Origin: a virus
Lineage: Duplodnaviria > Heunggongvirae > Uroviricota > Caudoviricetes
Reading direction: 5' to 3' (one strand)
IMG/VR virus record: IMGVR_UViG_3300037789_000070
Coordinates: 202,576 to 266,575 of that record
Length of the DNA stretch: 64,000 bases
The notes under the pieces were generated by a model. It had not been told where the DNA came from, made no database searches, and was given only the letters and a program-made list of their open reading frames with translations. The position numbers were made by a program, and so were the translations under genes. The first letter of the stretch is position 1, and each line of letters starts with the position of its first letter. Below, piece by piece: positions 1 through 9,255 of this stretch.

Positions 1-77
1 ATTATGGAAGCAGGAATAAAAGAAACCCCTGAAAGAGCTTCTGATCTATCTTTCACGTCTACATCAATGTCACTCAT
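1..77 (-). CDS. 5' part of a gene running off the window; N-terminus resembles the DnaE-like (Pol III alpha) fragment of large T4-like phages
   Basis: ATG at 77..75 gives MSDIDVDVKDRSEALSGVSFIPASI; DIDVD resembles the DnaE DIDxD motif; only 25 codons visible. Confidence 0.45.
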   Translation of the reverse strand, partial: MSDIDVDVKDRSEALSGVSFIPASI

Positions 78-80
78 ATT

Positions 81-422
81 TCACGCTTTAATATCATAAG
101 TGTTTATGCCGGTGTAAAAAATGTTTTTCTTACTAGGTCTCATAACAGTTGTCATTGCCACTGTATTATAACCCCTGTCATAATACATTAATACTAAATT
201 AAGAGTTCTAAAAATTCTATCACCACTCAACCCCCTCGTCCTCGCGTCTATATACAGAGACCCGTCTTTAAACAGCATCTTACACTCAGATTCGGATTGA
301 GAAATGTAATATTTAGCATATTCAACTTTCCTAATCGTATCTATCAAACGTTCTACAGATAGTTTAAGAGAGACGTTTTCACTATTTCTCAAATGTTTTG
401 ATAATGATAGATATTGCGACAC
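81..422 (-). CDS. hypothetical protein (113 aa)
   Basis: ORF packed in tandem with its neighbours on the coding strand. Confidence 0.7.
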   Translation of the reverse strand: MSQYLSLSKHLRNSENVSLKLSVERLIDTIRKVEYAKYYISQSESECKMLFKDGSLYIDARTRGLSGDRIFRTLNLVLMYYDRGYNTVAMTTVMRPSKKNIFYTGINTYDIKA

Positions 423-424
423 TT

Positions 425-856
425 CTATCCCTTTCGCCTTTTTTGGATTTGTTCTTTTTCTATGCGTCTGAGCGAATTTTTTAAAATATTAGTCATACTT
501 TTAGGTTCGTAGAATAGATGATTTATTGAAGATGAACCAACAGGTGTTAATGTCATTGTCGTTCCATCTATTTGAGGCGAGTCATCACAAAATTGAGCGA
601 GTAACAAGGCCTGTTCACCTAATACATCACAAGTGATGTATAATGATCCATTTTTAACCATATATGTAGTTTCATCAAAACGTATTCGATCATTGTTTAA
701 GGGCTTTTTCGTAAGCATGTCTCTGAGGACTCTTTTTCTCAGAATAAAATTTTCTAATCCTTTTCTACTTGCTGAAATAGTCATATTTTCATTACCTTGT
801 ACGAATTCATCAAAAGTTAATGAAATTGGTTTAGTCATGAGTTGTTTCTCCATCAA
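425..856 (-). CDS. hypothetical protein (143 aa)
   Basis: tandem ORF, ends in TAG. Confidence 0.7.
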   Translation of the reverse strand: MMEKQLMTKPISLTFDEFVQGNENMTISASRKGLENFILRKRVLRDMLTKKPLNNDRIRFDETTYMVKNGSLYITCDVLGEQALLLAQFCDDSPQIDGTTMTLTPVGSSSINHLFYEPKSMTNILKNSLRRIEKEQIQKRRKG

Positions 857-1547
857 TCATTCCAAGTTGATCCATAATATTTGCAACTTCATTAACAGCC
901 TCTCTAGAAACCTTTAATCTAGACGTCCAATAATCAAGATCTAACGTTTCATTCATTATGACAAGTTGATCTTCTGAGAACTTGTTCAATAATACATCTG
1001 ACGCGCCAGTAGAAAATAAAACCCATGGATTCAATCTTCCATTCTGTATCCAGATTAATGCTTCGGTCGGCTTTATAGATTTGAAAAACTCTTCTATGGG
1101 AATTTCTTTCTGCTCACACCATGTCGCAATTGCTTCCAGACTTCGTATGGCAGATGAAACTGGCTCATTCTTTTTATTATAGTCTACTTGATACCTTTTA
1201 AGGGTCTTGTCTTTTACCCAATCATATGTGCTAATGTTGTTATCAACACACCAACGTACATATTCTCGTCCATTGGGCAAATATACCGAAGAGACATATT
1301 CCGTCACCTCGATAAATTTTGAAAAATATGGGGACTTAAGGAATTCGGGATAGGTCTTCGAGTGATTTCTAAATCCATTATAGGTATACCAAAAAGAAAA
1401 GAGTTTATAAGCATTCCTGACATTTAAATCGCCTATATCTTGTGCAAGCGCTTTCTTCTTGCACATGTGACGATTTAGGCCGCTTTTGGTTTTGAAGGTG
1501 GCGGAACAGTAATCACATTCGAATAATTGAACTGTTTTAATTGCCAT
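831..1547 (-). CDS. protein with N-terminal C2H2-like zinc finger
   Basis: FECDYCSATFKTKSGLNRHMC motif; lies in the replication cluster. Confidence 0.75.
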   Translation of the reverse strand: MAIKTVQLFECDYCSATFKTKSGLNRHMCKKKALAQDIGDLNVRNAYKLFSFWYTYNGFRNHSKTYPEFLKSPYFSKFIEVTEYVSSVYLPNGREYVRWCVDNNISTYDWVKDKTLKRYQVDYNKKNEPVSSAIRSLEAIATWCEQKEIPIEEFFKSIKPTEALIWIQNGRLNPWVLFSTGASDVLLNKFSEDQLVIMNETLDLDYWTSRLKVSREAVNEVANIMDQLGMIDGETTHD

Positions 1548-1559
1548 ATGTAGGTAAAC

Positions 1560-1751
1560 CTAAAAACTTAGAACTATAAATGAAACCAATGTAACAAAGA
1601 TGACACTTATGAAAATATACTTGCGAAGGTTCTTGTTTCCTTTTTTGACTTCTATAGTATTTTCATTCTTTTTCATAGACTTCCGTCTCTGGTATTCTTT
1701 TTGGCCCATAATAATTAGTTTCTGAATTTCTTCTTTATTTCTCTTTTGCAT
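1560..1751 (-). CDS. small membrane protein (63 aa)
   Basis: basic N-terminus and C-terminal hydrophobic helix; ends in TAG. Confidence 0.6.
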   Translation of the reverse strand: MQKRNKEEIQKLIIMGQKEYQRRKSMKKNENTIEVKKGNKNLRKYIFISVIFVTLVSFIVLSF

Positions 1752-2214
1752 CCTTATAGTCCTTCAAAGCTGTCTTTAATTCTTCTTCTTGAACCCCATT
1801 GCTTCTACAAAAGTTTTTAAAATCTTCTCTATCATTTAGCTGGAACCATAAACGAACGTCTTCTGGCTTCAACTGAGGAGAAAACTTAGTAACTAATTGA
1901 ATAGCCTTATTTTCTGAGGTCTTTTTCGGTGCAGGTACCCATTTCCTGTTCACCTGATAACCCATACCAGATGAAGCCAAAAGCTTACATTGTAAGGGCT
2001 TCTCATAATATAGATCAAAATAATGGGGATTGGCGACCAAGTTGGTCAATTGGATAGCCATAGCATGTTCTGCTTCATTATCCACACCAGACATCCATCT
2101 TAACAAAGGATACCCTAAAAGTCCATCAAATTCCTTTCGGTCCTTATCCGAAATGTCATTGTATGTCTCATAGTTTTGAGTGTCTAATTTCTTTAATATC
2201 GAAAAGAGGTTCAT
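1735..2214 (-). CDS. clamp loader small subunit-like (T4 gp62-like)
   Basis: YPLLRWMSG and KWVPAPKK motifs, size and context next to uvsW. Confidence 0.55.
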   Translation of the reverse strand: MNLFSILKKLDTQNYETYNDISDKDRKEFDGLLGYPLLRWMSGVDNEAEHAMAIQLTNLVANPHYFDLYYEKPLQCKLLASSGMGYQVNRKWVPAPKKTSENKAIQLVTKFSPQLKPEDVRLWFQLNDREDFKNFCRSNGVQEEELKTALKDYKDAKEK

Positions 2215-2215
2215 G

Positions 2216-2716
2216 TTACCATAATAGAGCTAAGTCTAAAGAATCGGGCATCCTAGTTCTGGGCTCTCCTGCAATAATACAACGCGGACCTCTATCTCCA
2301 TTATCTGTTTCAATAGGAATAACAAGCATTTCGGTTTTTTCAAAAATAGGAGACGACCAAGATGAATTTTCTGGGGTATCAGTTATTCTAATTGGAAGCC
2401 ATTCCGGCATAAAACCATCTAATGGGTTAAAGCCAAAGGCAGTTATTCCTCTCCCGGAAATCTTCTTGATAGGTATCAATTCCGCTTGATCTTGGCACAC
2501 CGTAATTAAAGACCAATGATAAGGTAATGTCACTTCAGTATTACCCACTGAAATAACTGCACCGGCTGCAGTATATGTGTCTAGAAAGACAAGCGGTTGC
2601 CATTTATAATCTGGGTTCTTTGGCTTCTTTAAATCCAATGTGCAATAATAAACATCTGTTTTATCGCCTAATCGATCTGTTTCAATCGGATTATTATTTT
2701 CATCAAGTATCAACAT
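2216..2716 (-). CDS. beta-rich hypothetical protein downstream of uvsW
   Basis: 166-aa ORF overlapping the uvsW stop. Confidence 0.75.
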   Translation of the reverse strand: MLILDENNNPIETDRLGDKTDVYYCTLDLKKPKNPDYKWQPLVFLDTYTAAGAVISVGNTEVTLPYHWSLITVCQDQAELIPIKKISGRGITAFGFNPLDGFMPEWLPIRITDTPENSSWSSPIFEKTEMLVIPIETDNGDRGPRCIIAGEPRTRMPDSLDLALLW

Positions 2717-4121
2717 TTAACGGCACCTTTGTTATTGTAAATGGGTATTCTTTTTCTTTATAATGCTTCTTACGTTCTCTTAAATGGACTTTACTATATT
2801 TTGTATTGGAACACACATCATAAATCTTAGAAGTATCTTTTTCTTCTCCTAACCGAATGACACGACCAATAGCCTGAATAGTTGTCTCATAACTCTTTCC
2901 TATTTCATAGAAAACCAAGTTATTGAGTTCTGGTATATCAGTTCCAGTAGCAAAAGCAGACTTAATACAAACGTAAACCTTATTACTATCTTTAGTCATT
3001 GCATCATAATATTCCTGACGTTTATCAGCTTTCATCTTTCCACTAATAAAAACTGTATCGTCGGAAATGTATTTAGCTAATTTCTTTCCGGGGTCGATAT
3101 TATTAATAATTGCAATAGTATTACCTGTTTTAGACAAGTCTCTAATCAGGTCAGCCGTCTGTTTTAATCTAAATTCATCATTCATGATGAATTTATTTTC
3201 TTCTATATAATCGTCAAAGACTTTTTTGCGGGGATCTTGAAACTGCACAACATCAATGTGACATTGAGCAAGGTCGCCTCTATCTTGTAGTTCTTTAGAG
3301 CCAATGTAATAAAGACGTTCACCGATAGCAGCTATCAATTGCTTTTCGTATAATTCTTCCTTGGGGAGAGTTCCGGTAAAACCAAATCTATGAGGAACAT
3401 CTTTCCCGGCATTAGTCATGATATCAAATAGGATATCTGCTTTAGCTCTATGAGCTTCGTCACAGATCACACATATAGTGTCTGAGAAAAGTTCTCGATA
3501 ATTGTTCAGGGTTTGCCACGTACTAACAATGACGTCGCCCATGGTCTTTTTATCACCGCAATATTCTCCACAATCTAATCCCAATTCTCTAAATCCCTTG
3601 GCGGTCTGAGACACAAGGCCTGTCGTGGGAACGATGACGAGGACCCTTCCGAACTCTTTATACTTCTTGGCAATAGATGCGCATGTGAATGTCTTGCCTG
3701 ATCCCGTGGCCATTTCAAAAATGCCACAATGATTTTGTAGAGCGATATTAACCGCTTCAAGCTGATAATCTCGTAACCTTATTTCTTTGTCATTTTTATA
3801 AAAGACAAATTCATCTTCAGTTACTGGCTCAAACTCAAGAGGTTCTTGTTTTCTTTTATCTGAGATATCGACATCATATCCAAGCCGGATCAATGTCTCG
3901 ATAAAATCTTCATCAATCAGACGATGATAAAACTTTCCTTTTTCGAATAGATGCTTTTTGCCATCCCATAGACCCATTTCATATCTGGGATTAAAAAAGT
4001 ATCCTTTTTCAAAAAAGGCATATTTTTTATCTAATATATCTTTAGTCTCTTTATCCAAACCAGAAATGAAACATGATGCTTCGTCTCTGATTTGAATAAT
4101 AGCTTGTGGCTCACTCACCAT
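2703..4121 (-). CDS. uvsW: UvsW-like SF2 DNA helicase
   Basis: Q motif LRDYQ, Walker A ATGSGKT, ICDEAH, GFTGT, IQAIGRVIR. Confidence 0.93.
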   Translation of the reverse strand: MVSEPQAIIQIRDEASCFISGLDKETKDILDKKYAFFEKGYFFNPRYEMGLWDGKKHLFEKGKFYHRLIDEDFIETLIRLGYDVDISDKRKQEPLEFEPVTEDEFVFYKNDKEIRLRDYQLEAVNIALQNHCGIFEMATGSGKTFTCASIAKKYKEFGRVLVIVPTTGLVSQTAKGFRELGLDCGEYCGDKKTMGDVIVSTWQTLNNYRELFSDTICVICDEAHRAKADILFDIMTNAGKDVPHRFGFTGTLPKEELYEKQLIAAIGERLYYIGSKELQDRGDLAQCHIDVVQFQDPRKKVFDDYIEENKFIMNDEFRLKQTADLIRDLSKTGNTIAIINNIDPGKKLAKYISDDTVFISGKMKADKRQEYYDAMTKDSNKVYVCIKSAFATGTDIPELNNLVFYEIGKSYETTIQAIGRVIRLGEEKDTSKIYDVCSNTKYSKVHLRERKKHYKEKEYPFTITKVPLNVDT

Positions 4122-4566
4122 GCTTCTTAAGTATTTCCTTGATAGTGTTTTGGAATTCCTCTTCCTCCTCCAAGGTTGGAAATGAATTATATTTCACGAA
4201 TTCACAATAAGAATTCCATACTTCTTGGAATGGATACCGACCAACGATCAATACTTGAAAAGAATGGTGGATTATTTTTAAAAGAGACTTTACGAAATCT
4301 ACGTCATTACTAGTTTCAAATGCTTCCTGAGATTTCGTAGAAAGTTCACTGATAATAGTTGTAACTCGTTTTATATTTTCTGAATCAAGATCAACTATGG
4401 ACTTTCCTGTGTCTTTAGACAGTATTCCATATTCAATTAAAATGTCCCTTACATCGTCAAATGGAGAAACAGTTACATATTCTATTTTAATATCTTCGTA
4501 ATCTGAGAAATTTAATGGATCAGTTGAAGAAACCGGCAATCTTTCATAATTGGTAGAAATGTCCAT
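4111..4566 (-). CDS. hypothetical protein (151 aa)
   Basis: tandem ORF with SD-like AAAGGG. Confidence 0.7.
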   Translation of the reverse strand: MDISTNYERLPVSSTDPLNFSDYEDIKIEYVTVSPFDDVRDILIEYGILSKDTGKSIVDLDSENIKRVTTIISELSTKSQEAFETSNDVDFVKSLLKIIHHSFQVLIVGRYPFQEVWNSYCEFVKYNSFPTLEEEEEFQNTIKEILKKHGE

Positions 4567-4629
4567 AATAGCCCTTTCAGTTTTAAATCACGTATGGTCA
4601 TTATAGGACGCAGAAGATTTTTGGACTAA

Positions 4630-5109
4630 CTAAACTTCAACTTCTTCCATATTCGCAATACGAAGCTTGACAATGTTATTAAGCGTATAGCCCCGTTGTT
4701 CCAATGCCTTCATGAGAGAACTATATTGCTCGTAAACATATCTGACATCTTCAACGAATTTATAAGCTTCTATAACCTCATCTTCGGTCTCTAGAACCTC
4801 TTTAATCTCAGTAGTAGAGAGTTTTCTTTGAGTAGGAGGATCATTCGCCCACTGCTTCATGATCCTCCCTTTAGTCAAACGATAATCTCTTTCAACGAGT
4901 TCTAAAATCATATCAAGGTCGGTATGCATTGCGTCAAAATAAGCAATGAGACCGGGATGAGTTTGATTACAATGAAGAAGATTTCCTCCGATAGCAATTT
5001 CCCCTTCTCCCCTTTCCAATTCTTCCATATACCAGTCCATGGCTTCTGAAATCTTATCAGGATCGTTCTTGATGATTCTAAACCAACGTTTAGGAGATTT
5101 GTTATTCAT
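4630..5109 (-). CDS. uvsY: UvsY-like recombination mediator
   Basis: helical protein directly downstream of uvsX; ALEQRGYTLNNIVKLRIANMEE C-terminal pattern. Confidence 0.8.
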   Translation of the reverse strand: MNNKSPKRWFRIIKNDPDKISEAMDWYMEELERGEGEIAIGGNLLHCNQTHPGLIAYFDAMHTDLDMILELVERDYRLTKGRIMKQWANDPPTQRKLSTTEIKEVLETEDEVIEAYKFVEDVRYVYEQYSSLMKALEQRGYTLNNIVKLRIANMEEVEV

Positions 5110-6229
5110 CTACATCTGCCTCAACAACATCTTCAAATGGAGATTCTTCCTCATGACGGCCTTTAGCAATATAACGAGAAAGATCTTCATCAAGAGGTTC
5201 TTTACCTTCTTCTCGAAGAATATTGTTCATGATCTCTACAGCATAGTCTCTGAACCCCTTCTTCTGAAATTTAACCTCTTCTCCGGCATCGTTAATAAAC
5301 AAATACCATCCCTTTGATGGGTTTTGGATGTGCCCATTCTCAAGCATATAATCGAAGAGACCGCTAAAAGGATCAATGCCTTTTGGCCAAGGAATTTGGA
5401 TGTCTACCTTTTCGTTCGGCTTGGCGAATCGAGATTTATAAACACTAGCCTTACAACGAATGCCTACAATCTTCTTTCCATCATCATACTCATCCTTAAG
5501 AACGTTATCTTCAACCAATTCAGCTTTCATCTTATACTTGCTGAAATTAAGAGATAATGATGCAAGGTAGATTAGACCTCTACCACCAGTCTGAATTTCA
5601 TCAGGTTCATACATGTTTTGAGAGGCCATGGAGTGGACCATACCAACAACACATACAGGAACTCTGGGAATGAGATGGGTAATTGACTTAATCAAGTCCT
5701 TAAGCTGTTTAGCCTGCTGACCTTGGTCGCCCTTAACCTCACCTTTGACTGCCTCTTCCATCTGTTTTTCAGTCATGAGGACCGAATAACTATCGATTAC
5801 CAGAAACACCTTTTGTGGTTCAGAGTCAGACTTCAAATCTTTAACAAGATCTGCTACGAACTTTTTCACGTCACCAATAGTACCGACTTCCGCATAAAAT
5901 AGTTCGTCATCTTCTCCGTCAATCCCAACTCTCCATAACCACTCTTCTTTAGAAGCCTTTTCGGCATCTAACCAAATAACAAGAGCATTATCTGCCTTTT
6001 GGGCAATTGCAGCAGCAGTTGCAGCAATAAGAGATTTACCAGAACCAGATTCTCCACCTATAATCACAGTTTTATTGTATGGAAACCCTCTACCAAAATG
6101 ACCTGATAACTGTCTATTCATGGCAAAATTACCACAGCTTACCCAATCATCACTTTTATTGAATCCCTCCGCCATAGTTGGAGATGAATATTTGCTTACA
6201 GTTTTTCGTAGTCTATTTGCTAACGACAT
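5102..6229 (-). CDS. uvsX: UvsX/RecA-like recombinase
   Basis: Walker A GESGSGKS, LDAE, Walker B VIDS, TGGRGLIYLAS, KSRF. Confidence 0.95.
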   Translation of the reverse strand: MSLANRLRKTVSKYSSPTMAEGFNKSDDWVSCGNFAMNRQLSGHFGRGFPYNKTVIIGGESGSGKSLIAATAAAIAQKADNALVIWLDAEKASKEEWLWRVGIDGEDDELFYAEVGTIGDVKKFVADLVKDLKSDSEPQKVFLVIDSYSVLMTEKQMEEAVKGEVKGDQGQQAKQLKDLIKSITHLIPRVPVCVVGMVHSMASQNMYEPDEIQTGGRGLIYLASLSLNFSKYKMKAELVEDNVLKDEYDDGKKIVGIRCKASVYKSRFAKPNEKVDIQIPWPKGIDPFSGLFDYMLENGHIQNPSKGWYLFINDAGEEVKFQKKGFRDYAVEIMNNILREEGKEPLDEDLSRYIAKGRHEEESPFEDVVEADVDE

Positions 6230-6249
6230 TAATACTTCCTTAAAATAGA

Positions 6250-6283
6250 ATTAAAGGTGGGGGACCTTTCACAGCCCCCCACA
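6250..6283 (-). terminator. probable intrinsic terminator after gp32
   Basis: GTGGGGG/CCCCCAC stem followed by a T-rich run on the minus strand. Confidence 0.55.
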
Positions 6284-6288
6284 CAATT

Positions 6289-7350
6289 TTAGGACTTTTG
6301 CTTCTTGAGACGAGCTAAAAGCTCTTTCGCGTTAGTCTTTTTTGGCTCTTCCTTAGAAGAGGTATCGACGTCTTGAGTATCGGTCTGTTCTGTGACATCC
6401 TCTGTGACATCTTCGGCAACGTCCTCTGTGACATCTTCACTTGGCTCTTCTTTTTCGGCCTGTTTAGTACGCGCCTTAATAGAAGCCACCTTACTCTTTG
6501 CTGATGCTTTGACATCTTCATCATTGTTGTTGTCATCATTTGATGTTCCGCCGTTATCGCGCCATGGCTTCCAATGCTCTTCCCAGTCCGGATTCCATGG
6601 TTCGCCTTCTAGAGATGCATGAAGCATCTCAACCTGTAATGCGATTGCATCATCAGATGGCCTCTTTGGCATTCTCTCGTCAAGATTAAACAAACCATAC
6701 TGATCGATAGCTGCCAATTCGTCCTCAGTCAGAGGACTGAGATTTGAAGCGAACTGAGAAGAACCAAAATCATTCCATTGGCCATTTTTCTTAACCTTGA
6801 CAATGAAGTCTAGGCCTTCTTCATAATCTGCAGGATAACCCGGAAGCATCAAGTTTTGCTTCTCTTCTAGTACCCTATCATAAATGATATCGAAGATTTC
6901 ACGGTTCACTGTAAAGATACGGATTGGGTTTTCCGGTGCATCAGCTTCATTGAATGCGCCTTCTCTAACAAAACCCTGCATCAATGCAGATTTCTTACCC
7001 CAGTGCCTGCCTGCGATCTTCTTGTCTTCTTCCGACCCTCTATAAAGAGGAGAAATTTCCTTCATGACCGGACATGAATACTTTCCATCCCAAGTTTCTA
7101 CAGATGGCATGGTAATCTTGATTTTCTGACCAGCATTTTCTGGATCGTCAAATGTCCATCTGAATTGGATCAGTTCTCGCCAAAAATATGCATTATCTGG
7201 ATCGGCATCCGGTAGGAAGCGAATAGTACAATCTTTGCCTGCGGGGGTGTCCCAAAATGGGTATCTAGCTTTATCACTGGAACCGCCTTTTGGCGCGTTC
7301 TTTTTCATCTTTTCACGAAGACGTGCTAGTTTTTCTTGTGAGGTAGACAT
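6289..7350 (-). CDS. gp32: single-stranded DNA-binding protein (T4 gp32-like)
   Basis: TIRFLPDAD, YFWRE, DYEEGLDFIVKVKK motifs; acidic C-terminal tail; next to uvsX. Confidence 0.9.
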   Translation of the reverse strand: MSTSQEKLARLREKMKKNAPKGGSSDKARYPFWDTPAGKDCTIRFLPDADPDNAYFWRELIQFRWTFDDPENAGQKIKITMPSVETWDGKYSCPVMKEISPLYRGSEEDKKIAGRHWGKKSALMQGFVREGAFNEADAPENPIRIFTVNREIFDIIYDRVLEEKQNLMLPGYPADYEEGLDFIVKVKKNGQWNDFGSSQFASNLSPLTEDELAAIDQYGLFNLDERMPKRPSDDAIALQVEMLHASLEGEPWNPDWEEHWKPWRDNGGTSNDDNNNDEDVKASAKSKVASIKARTKQAEKEEPSEDVTEDVAEDVTEDVTEQTDTQDVDTSSKEEPKKTNAKELLARLKKQKS

Positions 7351-7433
7351 AATTTTTCTCCTTGCCTGTCTATTGCCTGCTTTGTGCCTTGCTAATTTGC
7401 TTGCTTTGTGCTTAGGGAACTAGTTCCCATTCT

Positions 7434-7439
7434 TATTTA
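7434..7439 (-). promoter_or_regulatory. late promoter TAAATA upstream of gp32
   Basis: matches the T4 gp55 late consensus core. Confidence 0.55.
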
Positions 7440-7485
7440 TGGCACCTACATTCAATAATAGGCAGTATGAGAGAAAAAAAGAAAA

Positions 7486-9198
7486 TTAAATTACAGGAAG
7501 AAACGAATCGTCTTCTTCATCAAGATCGAGTTCAACTTCGACTTCTCGAACGACTGGGACGTTAAGACGTTCTTCTAATTCTTCCTCATAATATTGCACT
7601 TCATCAAATAAGAAGCACATTAAAACGCAACACATTACCCGGTCATCTTTGGTGCCGGGCTTTGCCTCAAAACTCTTTCCTCGTTGAACGAAGGTTTTAA
7701 TTTCAGATATCAACTCTTTGGAAGCCGGTTTGATTAATTCATGTTCTATGAGCGTCTTCAATCTTAAGCAATAATCCCTCTTGCTCGATTCAGTTGTTCT
7801 AATTCCACGACTTTTATTTCCATCGCTATCAATTAATTCTCCGGGGAAATTTTCCTCTCCGGCTAATTCGATAGCAGTAATAATACCTTTACCAATACCA
7901 TTACATTCTACAGAATAATAAATGTAACTCTCACCAAAATGATGGGGGTGACTTTGCTGCTCATTATATATTTTCTTTAGAATTCTCAAAAGCATTTTCG
8001 TCTGTTCTACCTGATCAGTTACATTTGAAGCCCATTCTGCCACCTGTTTCATATCGGGTATAGAAAAGACCTCAATCACACTGTTATCATTAGAAGCTCC
8101 TTCTGAAGGGTCCATAATGACACAATGTGTGTAACCGGGACGAACATTTTCGAACCATTTAACTCCGTACTTATCTATATACCTAGGTTTTTTTGGAGCA
8201 AGTTTCATCAAGACGTTTTGATTAATTAGGGTAGGATCTGCACTATGAAATCTGCATTCATATTCCCTATACCATCTATCTAAAGTAACACCTTCTTTGA
8301 GAGTCTTTTTCTTATACTTCTCATCTCGACCCGGCGGCTCTTGCCAATGAACGAAGAAACGTTTGAACCCACCAAGGCTTTCTTCTTCCCCAAGAGAATC
8401 TATTTCCTCTTCCAGCATAGAAGGGTCTTCATAAACAGTTTCATATTCTTCCTCATCTTCTATGAGGGTAATACCTTCTAGGTCTTTCTTCTCGTGGCTG
8501 ACCCATTTAAAGCTATTTGGGGCATCTTCCGCACCATTCCAGATACGAGAGAAAACGTCTTCATCTGAGTTGGGTGTAGATGTGATTAAGAATTTACCGC
8601 CAGATGTGGCTAGTGTCGGCTGAATAGAAGCAAAAAACTCTTCTTGAATGTTAGGTTCAACAAATGCAAACTCATCAACATAGAGTAGAGAAAGGGCACG
8701 GCCACGGCCAGTTGATTTAGTTGTTGCCTGTGCTTCAATAAGACTCCTATTGTCAAAAACAACACTAGTCTCATTATCCTTCATTAGGCCGGGCTTGATA
8801 AACCATGGAAGTTCTTCATACATCTGTTTAAAACGACGCATGATCTCTAATGCAGAAGATAACTTATTTGCCGCGATAAGAACATCTTGACGTTCTTTGA
8901 AACAACACCACCATAATAAAAATGCTGCTGTAGTTTCAGTTTTCCCTACCTGACGTGGACATAGGGAAATGATTCGCTCTTCACCTATATAATTTGAAAT
9001 TAATCGTTTCTGAAAATCCCATAATTTAAATGGTATCAATTTACCAGTTTTTTTCTGAACAATCTTAATATAAGTTTCAATAAAATATATAGGGTCTTCA
9101 GAACATTTGGCTAGTTCTAGAATTTGCTCTCGGGTATATGAATGTTTAAAACCGGCAGGCTTTTTAGTGCCGCCATCTTCTTCACTTCTAAATGCCAT
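7486..9198 (-). CDS. gp17: terminase large subunit
   Basis: PRQVGKT Walker A, LYVDEFAF Walker B, ITSTPN, nuclease MDPSEG and DDRVM. Confidence 0.96.
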   Translation of the reverse strand: MAFRSEEDGGTKKPAGFKHSYTREQILELAKCSEDPIYFIETYIKIVQKKTGKLIPFKLWDFQKRLISNYIGEERIISLCPRQVGKTETTAAFLLWWCCFKERQDVLIAANKLSSALEIMRRFKQMYEELPWFIKPGLMKDNETSVVFDNRSLIEAQATTKSTGRGRALSLLYVDEFAFVEPNIQEEFFASIQPTLATSGGKFLITSTPNSDEDVFSRIWNGAEDAPNSFKWVSHEKKDLEGITLIEDEEEYETVYEDPSMLEEEIDSLGEEESLGGFKRFFVHWQEPPGRDEKYKKKTLKEGVTLDRWYREYECRFHSADPTLINQNVLMKLAPKKPRYIDKYGVKWFENVRPGYTHCVIMDPSEGASNDNSVIEVFSIPDMKQVAEWASNVTDQVEQTKMLLRILKKIYNEQQSHPHHFGESYIYYSVECNGIGKGIITAIELAGEENFPGELIDSDGNKSRGIRTTESSKRDYCLRLKTLIEHELIKPASKELISEIKTFVQRGKSFEAKPGTKDDRVMCCVLMCFLFDEVQYYEEELEERLNVPVVREVEVELDLDEEDDSFLPVI

Positions 9199-9204
9199 TA
9201 TTCA

Positions 9205-9212
9205 TATTTATA
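9205..9212 (-). promoter_or_regulatory. late promoter TATAAATA upstream of terminase
   Basis: exact T4 late consensus 6 nt upstream of the ATG. Confidence 0.7.
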
Positions 9213-9255
9213 GCAAGAAACGAAGAAATATTCTAAAACAAAATAATGTCCAAAA

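Noticed and set aside
4567-4632. uvsY TAG in frame with the 4566 gene
   Set aside because: A TGA occurs 14 codons after the TAG, so no fusion is possible.
7486-9198. Intein in terminase or UvsW
   Set aside because: Lengths are normal and no C/S...HN splice motifs or LAGLIDADG blocks are visible.
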